Shown here: positions 33,094 to 48,300 of the stretch, in pieces
Numbering within the stretch: the first letter of the stretch is position 1
How the letters are laid out: each line of letters opens with the position of its first letter
NCBI GenBank assembly: GCA_950097015.1
Contig: CATNEN010000025.1
Location: 8,742,001 to 8,806,000, forward strand
From: Macrostomum hystrix
Lineage: Eukaryota; Animalia; Platyhelminthes
DNA: 64,000 bases
Direction: 5' to 3'
The notes under the pieces: generated by a model
What the model saw: the letters and a program-made list of their open reading frames with translations, nothing else
Databases searched by the model: none
Told to the model about the DNA's origin: nothing
Program-made: the position numbers and the translations under genes

Positions 33094-36000
33094 AAAATAA
33101 AAACTACAATTAATATCTTCAAACTGTCATCCATGTTTTTGAGCTACATCTCTTTTTTATAAATGCTTCTGAAGTTAAATTGCGTTTAGCGACTCGTAAT
33201 TATCCCAATTAACTTTCCCAACCCCTGTCATGCCTTCTAAATGATTTCATAAAAAATGGCTTCGATTTTTGGGGAGTGTCGTGAAATCACGAGTTATTAT
33301 TAACCAATCCTGTTCACTGTACACCCTTGTGGTAATCTCCTTTTCTAACCCCGGTTATTTGCCAGCTCAGCTCCACTCTTTGATCTCTATTATTGATTTT
33401 CCCCCGTGTCCCTTTACACTCTGACCCCTCCAGTCTAGCGTCTGCACCCATCATGTCTCTCCCTCTGCGCTCGTTATCGTGTGTACACCCTAGGGTTTTC
33501 ATACCCTCATTTGTCTCTCCTCGCTGTAGACCCCATCTGTCGCTTGTCCTTAAATTAAATCGGTCACGGAACTCAGATCCAAGATTTATTGTGGAAACGT
33601 TAAACGTTCTTCACTGGAATTCTTCTTCAGGAATTCTTCGCTGGAAGAGTCCGTGGTAGTTAAAAGCGGAAATTTTTTTCCTAATGTAGTGTCAGCTTGT
33701 TTGCCCTTCTATCTCCCCGTGTTATTATTCAGTACTTATTTTTAGACACGTGTTTTTTGCTAAAAGTCACCCACGCCAAGCCGGGCGGACCAGCCGGGGG
33801 AACGGACGCCCACCACCCCGCGAGCGCTACCCCTGGGCTACAGTCCCGGCCAATCAGCGAGCGACCCGGCCTCACTACCTGTCTACCCTCGGCAAGAAGC
33901 TACCCCGGGGCTCAGAACGGCGGTTGCAAGTCTACTGTGATTTGTCGCCTTGGCTACAGCCAGGCATCCACCTCGCCGATCGACCTAATTTGGGGTTAAA
34001 ATGACTCTATAAAAGGAAGCGTGTTTTTGCAGTGACTTTTATCGTTCTCCGCAATTCGCCTCACACTGTGAGAAGCACGTGCAAACCAGTCCACTTTGTT
34101 TTGTCTCTCCCCGCCCGACCACGCTCCGCTTGTTCAGTTAGGTAGCTTTCGGCGCTACGCGTCTTGAGAGTGCGCCGCTGACAAGGGTGGTCTAGATAGG
34201 CGCTTGTTGTCGAAGTCAGTACGTGCTCTCTTCGGAGACTCCGCCGTCACACAGAAGGAGTGCCAACCGATAGGATCTGTCGGGGCAGCGCTGAAAGCAG
34301 AGACAACCGGAGCCTCTCGGGAAGAGTAGGGCGCTGATTAGGCCAGTTTAAGTAAAATTGTTATATCCAAATTGTTAGACTAAACTTGCTTTTCACTGTG
34401 AGCGCGCTATAATTTATTTCCGTGTGAACATCCTTATTCTGTCAATGGAACTTTTAAATCAAGTAAACGAGATTAAAATCAATTCCTGCTCTTATCTGGA
34501 ATCTTAGCGAGTCACAACAGATTAAATCACTCACAATCAATTTATTCGAGTCTTCGCGTTCATACTGTGTTATTCTTTTTCATTGGGAGTTTCGCCGGGC
34601 CGGAGGAACACGCGGGTCCCATCGCTTATCTATTCCGCTTCGCTCGCTACCGCAGTCTCTATAAACGCTATATAATTCCAGATTCCCTGCTGCTATTGAA
34701 ACCATTGGTAGGACACCGACCCCGGTGAATAGTCGCTAGCTTTAAATTCCTCACGCTCCAGCTAGGACATTCATTTTATTACACTAACGAATTTTAAATG
34801 AATAGAGATGATAAACTTAGGGATTTGACTAAATCAATGAAGTATGTAACAAGAAGAAAAATCTAAAGCCTGCGGACTGGTCGCTGACTAGCTATTGTAA
34901 TTTGTAACAGAGTATGATGAGCTGACATTAATAATTGTATTCAGAAATGGACTACAAGTCAAAAAACTAAAAAAATACCCAGCGGGAAAGCCTACCTCGA
35001 ATCTAGCTGAATGTAACTCTAGTTTTTAGGATAGGTTTGAATTTTCTTTTTAGTGCACCAAAGATGCTTTTTGCATCAAAATCATGCACCAAAAAAATCG
35101 TCCAGTTTCAGAAAAATCGGCCAAACAAAAGTTTAACTTAAAATAGCAAGAATAAGTCTAGTTATATATTCTAGCTATATAGTGTCTGTCGTTTTTCGAG
35201 AAAAAAAAATTTTGTTTTAAAATATTTTCATAGCACAGAATAACAAAACTTTACAATTATATTTTTGTTCTTACGCGAAACAAAGTCTGGGTTGTAAAAT
35301 AGCAATCTCTTAATTAAGTATGATAATAAAAAAGAAAAAAGTGAAACGTCTTACCATTGGTACAGTTCATTTTTTAACTTTTCTTGTGTTCTCGCGCGCC
35401 GACTAACTAGCAAGCCTACATTTTATACTATAGATTTGACTGGTTCCTACGTCTCGCTTTTTTTGGTGGAAATTACCAAGGTACGGAAATGTTAAAACCT
35501 CTATCAGAACGTTTACAACTCTTATGTGTTTCTTTCTCATTTTGAACTTTTTATTATTACTTATTTCGATACAGCAATTATGTACAATATAATGTTGTAG
35601 GTATTGCTAATGTAGCTATTTAGCTGGTCAATCAAAGCACTTTGCTGAGTTTTTTTAATCAAAATATACATTTCAACTTGCTAAGGTTTGCTAAGGTAAT
35701 AGACAAATCAACGAAAATATACAAATCAGTTCCTTTAAAAGTATTTCGAGTTAGTGGCGTGACATTTTTTTAAAGAAATGTTTATTTAAATTGAACTATT
35801 TTAAGAAAATATATTATAAATTGTATTAGGAATTTAAGGGATACGTTGCTGTCTTAAAAAACTATCCTAATTGCATGCAATGCAGAAGATGTTGAACTAT
35901 TTAGATCCCCATTTTACCTTACAATATGTGATTGTTGTTTTTTACATCTTGTGATATGATTTTGTTAGTATGCTAAAAAGTTTTTTAAACTCTTTTTAGT

Positions 36001-36835
36001 TTTCTACTTGGCAATTTTAAACAGCCCGTGCTGTTTTACACCTTCTTGTAAAATCTTGATATCTTATGAAACTTTGCTGAAATTCAAAAGCTGAAGGAGC
36101 AAGCTATTGAAAATGTAATTCTTATCTATCATTGTTTTTTATTCACCGACTGGAATTACCTGGGTGGGACATCGGTTTTGGACCATATTAGAAGTGGAGG
36201 TGTCTATTTTATGCACCTGTTGTTTCTGCGGTTGAGTCCTATGAAAGGCAATATTTACTCGATTCTTAAATACCTTGTATGATTGTGGCTGTTTTAGTCT
36301 TTTGCAGCTGCTTTAAGAATACTTTATTATTGCTTTTGTATGACAGTTCTTCGTGAGTCACGTTAATCATCTATCTATTTTTCTAACATAGGTATTGTAC
36401 TTGATTTTTTATTAACCTCATTTAACCTCATGGCGTCTTGTATCCAGCTATGTGCAATTTTCTAAGTAATTTTTGTGTATTCTAGTCATATTTATCTAAG
36501 TCACTTTGATAAATGTGGGACTGTTTTATGTGGGACTTCATTTTATCTATTCAAAAAACATCTGAAAAATGTCCTTTTGCACAAACATCTTTGCAATCAT
36601 TTGTATTGATGTTCATTTTTATCTGCTTATTTGTGAAAGTATAGTATATAAAGTATAGTTAATATGAGTACCAATACTGTTGCGTTTTATTGAGTGGATT
36701 TGCTTGTTGTTATTAAAAAAATCGAAGTAGGCTTACTAGGAGCAATACAAGATGTACTTTTATGAGGCACAAACTTTTGCATCCTAACATCATAAATCTA
36801 ATTCTTTAACTCTGTTTCAGAACTGAAAGCTTAAC

Positions 36836-39800
36836 ATGACTACAAAACTGAGCTCATTAATCGTTATTTCTCTGCTGCTGATCGGTAAGTTAAGTGGCTT
36901 GTTCGTTGAGGTTACATAATGATATTGATTATTAATTATATTCGCTGATTACACTTGCCCGTTGGGGCTACATGTGCAACACAGCACAGCCGTAGCTATT
37001 GCGCGGCTCATCTGAAGGCAGCATGCAGCTGTTCAGTCCATGGACCGGGGGCCACACCTACCCTCAATTACCAGCTAGTACCCGTTTTACAGCTGGGTGA
37101 ACTGAAGCAATGCTGAGTGAGTTGTCCTGCTAGTGGACACGAATTGTGCCAGCGAAGGCCGAATCGAACCCCCGACCGTCAAGTCGATTAGTTTGAGAAA
37201 ACCACTAGACTACAAACCTGATTTCATATAATTTTATTAAAAATCTGTACTATTAATTATTTATTAAACATTGTCAGATACTGCCAGGTCTGCGGTTTGG
37301 CACTGCATACACAACGTACGCCACGAAGACTTCGTCAAAATCGGAGACATCAACGCGATTAGGGTGAGTAGTATGTTGCAAACGGCCTTTATCGACCAGA
37401 AGATAAGAAATCCTTAGATTAAAGGATACTTATGTACTGAGTACGTAAGCGATGCCTTAAGAATAGCCAAGTAGGCGAGTTTTATAAGCACCCAGTTGTG
37501 TCAGATTTGCAGCCAATAACAATAGACTGCGCTTCCAAAGGCTGTGTGCCTGTACGTGCACTGAGGAGGCCGCGACTCCCCACAAAAGTTTTTATCCGAG
37601 CTAATGCTGGCACTAGTTATATAGATGGCTGAATGTGAAGAAAATGCTATTTAAACGACTTGCTCAACCCCCAAGACACATTTAGCTTCTATTCGTGCGG
37701 TTCTATCCAGTCAGCTGCAAGGAGCCAGGATAAAATAAAGCTGCGTCTGCTGTTTCAGGTGATAACGTATGTCCGAGGCGATCCGGGCTATAGGAAGAAC
37801 CTGGAGTGCAGGTATCTTCTGAGAGTGATCAACTATGACCAGCCCAGACAGATGTACATTGACGTGCCCGTGGTGGACTTTGACAACAATACTGACCCGT
37901 TTTGCAACAAAACCGACGTGTTCAGCTTCTGGCATAAGTACAACGAGAGTGAGTGGCTTGGCTTAAGACAAAAGTTTCCTCTAAGTTTCCTCTCAACCCT
38001 CGACAATTCAACACTCCTATCAAGGAGAAATCGTTTATAGTAATTCAACTAAAACTCCGAGTCACAGTAATTTCGTCGGCTTTCGATGCAAATTAAAACT
38101 CTAACGTGGAAGTACAAGCAGGCAATGTGTGACTTTTTATTAAGGAAAATGTGGTGCTTTCGTTTTGGCTTTACGAGTGTAATTTTATTACTCTATAAAT
38201 ATTGCGAACATCTCTGTTTAATTATTATTGAGTATTCACAACAGCTGCTATCAGCCGACTGCACACATTTCAGCTGCTTGGCGGCGGGAGTCCTGGTGCA
38301 GTGAATCGTCCGTGTCACGCAGTTTCCAATTCTTGCCGTTTAGACGGCAAATAATCAACTTGTGGGACTCGTGAGTAGCACTGCAGCTTCTTACTGAGCT
38401 CTCTTATGAGAATGCGAGTTGAGACCCTGCTGCTTCACTACCCACTTCACTCTGCAGGTCGTACTACCTGACTGCGGAATTCCAGTCTGACAATGAGCAA
38501 GTCCGCTCCGATGCCAAGGGATTGCAGATGAATGTGCAGGTGCTGGGCAGAAATTGCCACAGGAACATGCTGTATCTCGATAACTACTGCTACCTGGTCA
38601 CTCCTGAGAATGTGTCGCCAGCTCAATCCAATCAGGTTGGAAAACTCTTACTCGGCAACTTTTTCACTGTCCGAAACGCCTCTTCTGGCCGGGATATCTT
38701 AGACTTTCTGCGCAGATTCTCTGAGAGAAGTACGCATTTCTTTTTCGAATTTCTGATGAGGATATTTTTGCTCAATTGTGCTCAATCTTGTCACCTCTTT
38801 GCGCTTCCCTCAGACAAAGCCAGGAAAGACGAGTATCCTTACGAGTCGCCACTGGCCCTGACTAATCTCAGACTGTGGACCGGCTACTTTGTGAACGAAT
38901 ACTCCTTCAGCGAGGAGGACCCGGTCATGTTTTACTCAGATCCGATAGACGACTGCATTGTCAAGCAAGTGAAAGTGTGAGTGCTGCTTCTCTATCCTGA
39001 TTCTAGTCTAAAGGATATTGTAAATATCATATGGTTTAGAATGTCAATCATTCGATTTCAGGACTCGTGAGATTTTGACCGGCTGTAATAAAAACCCAGC
39101 GCCTGTAGCCCTTAATTGGCTTAGCAACGGCAGCGTGCATTTTTCCTGTGTGCCAGGCAACGATTCGATGCCAGCTCTGATCCAGTTCAGCCAGATTCCT
39201 AAAACCAAGGGCGACCTGCACCCGCAGCTGTTCCGCACCTGCGACATCGCGCCGCCAACAACGACTACGACTCCGGAACCAACGACAACTACAGCGCCGC
39301 CAACAACGACTACGACTCCGGAACCAACGACAACTACAGCGCCGCCAACAACGACTACGACTCCGGAACCAACGACAACTACAGCGCCGCCAACAACGAC
39401 TACGACTCCGGAACCAACGACAACTACAGCGCCGCCAACAACGACTACGACTCCGGAACCAACGACAACTACAGCGCCGCCAACAACGACTACGACTCCG
39501 GAACCAACGACAACTACAGCGCCGCCAACAGCGACCACGACTCCGGAACCAACGACAACTACAGCGCCGCCAACAACGACTACGACTCCGGAACCAACGA
39601 CAACTACAGCGCCGCCAACAACGACTACGACTCCGGAACCAACGACAACTACAGCGCCGCCAACAACGACTACGACTCCGGAACCAACGACAACTACAGC
39701 GCCGCCAACAACGACTACGACTCCGGAACCAACGACAACTACAGCGCCGCCAACAACGACTACGACTCCGGAACCAACGACAACTACAGCGCCGCCAACA

Positions 39801-40646
39801 ACGACTACGACTCCGGAACCAACGACAACTACAGCGCCGCCAACAACGACTACGACTCCGGAACCAACGACAACTACAGCGCCGCCAACAACGACTACGA
39901 CTCCGGAACCAACGACAACTACAGCGCCGCCAACAACGACTACGACTCCGGAACCAACGACAACTACAGCGCCGCCAACAACGACTACGACTCCGGAACC
40001 AACGACAACTACAGCGCCGCCAACAACGACTACGACTCCGGAACCAACGACAACTACAGCGCCGCCAACAACGACTACGACTCCGGAACCAACGACAACT
40101 ACAGCGCCGCCAACAACGACTACGACTCCGGAACCAACGACAACTACAGCGCCGCCAACAACGACTACGACTCCGGAACCAACGACAACTACAGCGCCGC
40201 CAACAACGACTACGACTCCGGAACCAACGAAAACTACAGCGCCGCAAACAACGACTACGACTCCGGAACCAACGACAACTACAGCGCCGCCAACAACGAC
40301 TACGACTCCGGAACCAACGACAACTACAGCGCCGCCAACAACGACTACGACTCCGGAACCAACGACAACTACAGCGCCGCCAACAACGACTACGACTCCG
40401 GAACCAACGAAAACTACAGCGCCGCAAACAACGACTACGACTCCGGAACCAACGACAACTACAGCGCCGCCAACAACGACTACGACTCCGGAACCAACGA
40501 CAACTACAGCGCCGCCAACAACGACTACGACTCCGGAACCAACGACAACTACAGCGCCGCCACCAATCAGAGCAGTGCCGTCAGCGGCAATACTATCATT
40601 ATTATTGATTTTGTTGTTGCCCTTGTTATCATCGTGGCTATTGTGA
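36836..40646 (+). CDS. CUB + C-type-lectin-like + mucin-stalk surface protein, copy 3 (813 aa predicted)
   Basis: Exons 36836-36884, 37278-37363, 37759-37948, 38274-38370, 38458-38729, 38814-38976, 39062-40646; no difference from copy 2 seen except 2 extra stalk units. Confidence 0.8.
39249..40561 (+). repeat. 45-bp coding VNTR, 29 units
   Basis: Unit count from ORF length. Confidence 0.95.
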
Positions 40647-43600
40647 TCGGTGTCGTTGTCTACTTTAGTCGTCAAAGAGGACAGCAGCCGCCATCAACTA
40701 ATGGGGACTAGCCGCCACTGCGGGGTAATCAGAAGGAGAAAAAGGCCAGAAGCCGCTACTGGGGACGAACACTCGGGATTTCAAAAGCGATAGAAACGCT
40801 GTGGCTAAGAGTGTCGGCTTGACTGTGGACAATGTCGAAGGCACTTTCTGAAGTCTGTTTGGTGGGCGCTTTTACTCATAATTTTGCATTGGCTAACAGC
40901 GTTGCTTAATTTTGTTTTGTTTATAAAGACAGAAATGTTTTTACGATCGCTTATTTCCGGTCTGCGAAGGAAGGAAAACCGGAATTGTCATTTTTCTGTT
41001 TTCATTTGAAATCTAAAATAATCTGTAATGCATGCTGAAGAAGCAGAAGTGCCCCATTGTCAGTCGACCTTTCGAACCCCCGCGCGTGCGCGTATCTAGC
41101 TTGTAATTGCGATCCCCGCGACCCAGTTCCTGTATTCCCATGTTTTACTTCTCTGTTTAGTAGTAATTGGTGATGGAGCTAATGATATATTGATAAGGTT
41201 CCGCAATTAAATTTATATTTCCCGAACATAGAATCCTTTTCCCCGGATTCCTATGATTCGAAATCCCCCATCCCCGGATCATTAATTGGTTAACTTGACT
41301 TGCTACATATCGAATTAAAGTAAGGATGCGAGAGGAAGCAGTCTATCTATTTGTGTGGTTATTATTATCATTAGTTAGAGGTTAGGATATAATTCTCCAT
41401 CCTCAATACCGTTTTCTGATTGTTAGTTGTTAGATTGTTTCGTAATTGATTGTAGTAATTTGTCTGCAGCAATATATTTGAAGCAATACCTGTCTTTAAT
41501 TTCACTATTCTAATTATACGTTCCTTAAATATTTGGGCTTAAGTTATTATTGTAGTGTCTGTTATTAATGCTTCTGATGACAGCTGTTGTATCTTAAATA
41601 ACTGACGCAACGGAGATTCAGATTTGTTAGACTTAGAGTAATAAGGAAAACACGCCGATAGGCGGCACTCGGCAGGCAGACGAATAGGAGTGTGTATTTG
41701 ATATATTATAGCAATAGCCGTACGATATACGCATGAGTGCAGAGGTCGGGGCTTTTATTTATAGGCCCAAAGGCGTGTGGAGAGAGCATTCTAGAAAGTT
41801 ACTAAAAATAGACTACACGGGAAAGTTCTGGAACCAGTGATGGACTTAACGCCTTACGACAAAGAATAGAAATTTCTGGAAAGTTCCCGGGAATTACAGC
41901 AACAATAGTCTCAACAGCTGCAGCGACCCTTTTGACCCTTTCGGCCAATCGGCAATTTATTGGCCGATTTATAATATTTGTGAAGTTAAAATAGGAGGCC
42001 GCATCAAGAAAAAGATGTAGCTAGTTTAACCTGTCCTCAGGTGACGGCAATTCTTTCGGACTGTTCTAGACCTAGTGCCACGGCCATAGTATTCGCTATA
42101 CCATTATCTTAGTTCCTTTCGGCTTAGGCTCTATAGGTTCTTTAGGTTCTCAGTGCAGCTTTTTCGAAACAGTTGCAACTAGTTAGCTGATTTAAAAGTA
42201 ATTAAGCTAGTCATTTTGATCAAATCAAAATGCAAAAGTACTGAGAACACGTCTAGTCCTTTATAAAGCTGAGCTGCGGAGCATGCTCCATTTTATCTAA
42301 GATTGCAATCTCTGCTTGAACAAACACATGGGCAACGTTGCGAACACGTTGTCGGGCCATTGTCATGTTCCTGTGCCGCATCGCCAAGATCACCAAACTG
42401 AGCAGCGTCACTCTCAGGATGCTGTACAGGGCCTACGGTGAGAGTGCTCTCACCTACGGCGCCCCAATCTTGACTCTGATCTGCGTCACCAACCAGATCA
42501 AGCTGCAAAAGATCTAAACCCTTGCTCTGCGCATCTGCTATGGTGTGCCTTCTTACCTGAGCACCGAATACCTTCACAAACTGGCCGACATGCCAATGCT
42601 CTCAGCCAGAGAAAGCAGCTCGGTGTGGCCTGCATGCATGCCTTTTTATTTCAATTTTTATTTCAATATTTCAATTTTTATTAGATCCCTTCTTTGTGCG
42701 GGATTTCCCCTGTATATTTCTGCCTATTTTATCTCCCAATGCGTGCCTAAATATAGCCTTGCAAATATTGAATATTTTTTTGTTTCATTAAGGCTCAATA
42801 TTCGCATAAAATAAGCCAAATCAAATCGAGTGTATATATATTATGAATTTCGATTAAATCCAATAATAGTCTGCGGCAGAGTTTTTCGAAACTGATCAGC
42901 AGCCCCAGTCAAATAGGGAATTCGTTTTAACAACAACCTATTATACCCTTGCCTCAACCATAACCCTAAACCTAAACCTAACCCTAAACCAAACCGTAAC
43001 CCTAAACCTAACCTTAATGTTGTGACTGATTGTGTGAGTACACTTGCCCTGTGAGTAAACCTAGCGTGAGTCACTTTATACACAAAATACAAGATACTAA
43101 ATTGTGTATTTAGTATCTCCGTAATTAACCCGTCCAGTTTAACTAATCTTTAGCGGTATTCTTTAATTATTTGCGCGAATTCACTGAACAAGTTTCCAAG
43201 AAATTCGACTACTGCTTAATTCGACTTCTTTTTCTATTCCGGTATCACGCCGTATGCTACTATGGACTATGCTACTGTAAATATTTACTGCTTTGCCTTT
43301 ATCACTTATTAGACTGACGTAATATTTTATTCCTATGTTACAGTTCTTTTCATTATGACGTATTTAAATGATGTGCTCTGTGGCTGCTATCTGCAATTAA
43401 TAATTAATAATTGATTACACCTGCCCCAATTGGGTCAGATGTGCAGCCGACAGCACAGCCGCAGCTAATGCGCGGCGCATCTGAAGGCTGCGTACAGCTG
43501 TTCAGTCCATGGACTGGGGGGACGCCACACCCACCTTCAATTATCCCAGCTGATGCTGGTACCCATTTAACAGCTGGGTGAACTGAAGCAATGCAGAGTT

Positions 43601-43909
43601 AAGTGTCTTGCTAAAGGACACAAATTGTTTCAGGGGAGTCGGGAATCGAACCCCCGACCTTCAAGTCGTGAGTCCGACGCCCTAACCACTAGGCTACAAC
43701 CTCTGTTCAATCTGCAATTAAAATAGGCCTACTTTGTCTATAGTCGGCTAGCTAGCTAACGATTAAATGCTGAACAGCGAATTATATAACTATTTGACAA
43801 GCTCCTATGATTTGGCATTGCAAGCATATATGGAGCTATGCAGTAAATAAAAAACAGGCTAGACCTATTTCAGTTCTTATTGATTGAACATAATCTTCAT
43901 TACAACAAG

Positions 43910-45375
43910 TAATATCTGCATTAATTGCATTCTCTGCATTAATCTCTGCATTAATTGCATTCTCTGCATTAATCTCTGCATTAATCTCTGCATTAATCTC
44001 TGCATTAATTGCATTCTCTGCATTAATCTCTGCATTAATTGCATTCTTTGCATTAATCTCTGCATCAATTGCATTCTCTGCATTAATCTCTGCATCAATT
44101 GCATTCTCTGCATTAATATCTGCATTAATCTCTGCATTAATATCTGCATTAATTGCATTCTCTGCATTAATCTCTGCATTAATTGCATTCTCTGCATTAA
44201 TCTCTGCATTAATTGCATTCTCTGCATTAATCTCTGCATTAATCTCTGCATCAATTGCATTCTCTGCATTAATCTCTGCATTAATCTCTGCATTAATTGC
44301 ATTCTCTGCATTAATCTCTGCATTAATCTCTGCATTAATTGCACTCTCTGCATTAATCTCTGCATTAATCTCTGCATTAATTGCATTCTTTGCATTAATC
44401 TCTGCATTAATCTCTGCATTAATCTCTGCATTAATCTCTGCATTAATCTCTGCATTAATTGCATTCTCTGCATTAATCTCTGCATTAATTGCATTCTCTG
44501 CATTAATCTCTGCATTAATTGCATTCTCTGCATTAATCTCTGCATTAATCTCTGCATTAATTGCACTCTCTGCATTAATCTCTGCATTAATCTCTGCATT
44601 AATTGCATTCTTTGCATTAATCTCTGCATTAATCTCTGCATTAATCTCTGCATTAATCTCTGCATTAATCTCTGCATTAATTGCATTCTCTGCATTAATC
44701 TCTGCATTAATTGCATTCTCTGCATTAATATCTGCATTAATTGCATTCTCTGCATTAATCTCTGCATTAATCTCTGCATTAATTGCATTCTCTGCATTAA
44801 TCTCTGCATTAATTGCATTCTCTGCATTAATCTCTGCATTAATTGCACTCTTTGCATTAATCTCTGCATTAATTGCATTCTCTGCATTAATCTCTGCATT
44901 AATCTCTGCATTAATCTCTGCATTAATTGCACTCTTTGCATTAATCTCTGCATTAATTGCATTCTCTGCATTAATCTCTGCATTAATTGCATTCTCTGCA
45001 TTAATCTCTGCATTAATTGCATTCTCTGCATTAATCTCTGCATTAATTGCATTCTCTGCATTAATCTCTGCATTAATTGCATTCTCTGCATTAATATCTG
45101 CATTAATTGCATTCTCTGCATTAATCTCTGCATTAATTGCATTCTCTGCATTAATATCTGCATTAATTGCATTCTCTGCATTAATATCTGCATTAATTGC
45201 ATTCTCTGCATTAATCTCTGCATTAATTGCATTCTCTGCATTAATCTCTGCATTAATTGCATTCTCTGCATTAATCTCTGCATTAATTGCATTCTCTGCA
45301 TTAATCTCTGCATTAATTGCATTCTCTGCATTAATCTCTGCATTAATTGCATTCTCTGCATTAATCTCTGCATTA
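43910..45375. repeat. 12/18-bp composite minisatellite, unit 4
   Basis: 384 bp longer than in unit 3; contains an internally duplicated variant block. Confidence 0.95.
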
Positions 45376-48300
45376 AAAATAAAAACTACAATTAATATCT
45401 TCAAACTGTCATCCATGTTTTTGAGCTACATCTCTTTTTTATAAATGCTTCTGAAGTTAAATTGCATTTAGCGACTCGTAATTATCCCAATTAACTTTCC
45501 CAACCCCTGTCATGCCTTCTAAATGATTTCATAAAAAATGGCTTCGATTTTTGGGGGAGTGTCGTGAAATCACGAGTTATTATTAACCAATCCTGTTCAC
45601 TGTACACCCTTGTGGTAATCTCCTTTTCTAACCCCGGTTATTTGCCAGCTCAGCTCCACTCTTTGATCTCTATTATTGATTTTCCCCCGTGTCCCTTTAC
45701 ACTCTGACCCCTCCAGTCTAGCGTCTGCACCCATCATGTCTCTCCCTCTGCGCTCGTTATCGTGTGTACACCCTAGGGTTTTCATACCCTCATTTGTCTC
45801 TCCTCGCTGTAGACCCCATCTGTCGCTTGTCCTTAAATTAAATCGGTCACGGAACTCAGATCCAAGATTTATTGTGGAAACGTTAAACGTTCTTCACTGG
45901 AATTCTTCTTCAGGAATTCTTCGCTGGAAGAGTCCGTGGTAGTTAAAAGCGGAAATTTTTTTCCTAATGTAGTGTCAGCTTGTTTGCCCTTCTATCTCCC
46001 CGTGTTATTATTCAGTACTTATTTTTAGACACGTGTTTTTTGCTAAAAGTCACCCACGCCAAGCCGGGCGGACCAGCCGGGGGAACGGACGCCCACCACC
46101 CCGCGAGCGCTACCCCTGGGCTACAGTCCCGGCCAATCAGCGAGCGACCCGGCCTCACTACCTGTCTACCCTCGGCAAGAAGCTACCCCGGGGCTCAGAA
46201 CGGCGGTTGCAAGTCTACTGTGATTTGTCGCCTTGGCTACAGCCAGGCATCCACCTCGCCGATCGACCTAATTTGGGGTTAAAATGACTCTATAAAAGGA
46301 AGCGTGTTTTTGCAGTGACTTTTATCGTTCTCCGCAATTCGCCTCACACTGTGAGAAGCACGTGCAAACCAGTCCACTTTGTTTTGTCTCTCCCCGCCCG
46401 ACCACGCTCCGCTTGTTCAGTTAGGTAGCTTTCGGCGCTACGCGTCTTGAGAGTGCGCCGCTGACAAGGGTGGTCTAGATAGGCGCTTGTTGTCGAAGTC
46501 AGTACGTGCTCTCTTCGGAGACTCCGCCGTCACACAGAAGGAGTGCCAACCGATAGGATCTGTCGGGGCAGCGCTGAAAGCAGAGACAACCGGAGCCTCT
46601 CGGGAAGAGTAGGGCGCTGATTAGGCCAGTTTAAGTAAAATTGTTATATCCAAATTGTTAGACTAAACTTGCTTTTCACTGTGAGCGCGCTATAATTTAT
46701 TTCCGTGTGAACATCCTTATTCTGTCAATGGAACTTTTAAATCAAGTAAACGAGATTAAAATCAATTCCTGCTCTTATCTGGAATCTTAGCGAGTCACAA
46801 CAGATTAAATCACTCACAATCAATTTATTCGAGTCTTCGCGTTCATACTGTGTTATTCTTTTTCATTGGGAGTTTCGCCGGGCCGGAGGAACACGCGGGT
46901 CCCATCGCTTATCTATTCCGCTTCGCTCGCTACCGCAGTCTCTATAAACGCTATATAATTCCAGATTCCCTGCTGCTATTGAAACCATTGGTAGGACACC
47001 GACCCCGGTGAATAGTCGCTAGCTTTAAATTCCTCACGCTCCAGCTAGGACATTCATTTTATTACACTAACGAATTTTAAATGAATAGAGATGATAAACT
47101 TAGGGATTTGACTAAATCAATGAAGTATGTAACAAGAAGAAAAATCTAAAGCCTGCGGACTGGTCGCTGACTAGCTATTGTAATTTGTAACAGAGTATGA
47201 TGAGCTGACATTAATAATTGTATTCAGAAATGGACTACAAGTCAAAAAACTAAAAAAATACCCAGCGGGAAAGCCTACCTCGAATCTAGCTGAATGTAAC
47301 TCTAGTTTTTAGGATAGGTTTGAATTTTCTTTTTAGTGCACCAAAGATGCTTTTTGCATCAAAATCATGCACCAAAAAAATCGTCCAGTTTCAGAAAAAT
47401 CGGCCAAACAAAAGTTTAACTTAAAATAGCAAGAATAAGTCTAGTTATATATTCTAGCTATATAGTGTCTGTCGTTTTTCGAGAAAAAAAAATTTTGTTT
47501 TAAAATATTTTCATAGCACAGAATAACAAAACTTTACAATTATATTTTTGTTCTTACGCGAAACAAAGTCTGGGTTGTAAAATAGCAATCTCTTAATTAA
47601 GTATGATAATAAAAAAGAAAAAAGTGAAACGTCTTACCATTGGTACAGTTCATTTTTTAACTTTTCTTGTGTTCTCGCGCGCCGACTAACTAGCAAGCCT
47701 ACATTTTATACTATAGATTTGACTGGTTCCTACGTCTCGCTTTTTTTGGTGGAAATTACCAAGGTACGGAAATGTTAAAACCTCTATCAGAACGTTTACA
47801 ACTCTTATGTGTTTCTTTCTCATTTTGAACTTTTTATTATTACTTATTTCGATACAGCAATTATGTACAATATAATGTTGTAGGTATTGCTAATGTAGCT
47901 ATTTAGCTGGTCAATCAAAGCACTTTGCTGAGTTTTTTTAATCAAAATATACATTTCAACTTGCTAAGGTTTGCTAAGGTAATAGACAAATCAACGAAAA
48001 TATACAAATCAGTTCCTTTAAAAGTATTTCGAGTTAGTGGCGTGACATTTTTTAAAAGAAATGTTTATTTAAATTGAACTATTTTAAGAAAATATATTAT
48101 AAATTGTATTAGGAATTTAAGGGATACGTTGCTGTCTTAAAAAACTATCCTAATTGCATGCAATGCAGAAGATGTTGAACTATTTAGATCCCCATTTTAC
48201 CTTACAATATGTGATTGTTGTTTTTTACATCTTGTGATATGATTTTGTTAGTATGCTAAAAAGTTTTTTAAACTCTTTTTAGTTTTCTACTTGGCAATTT

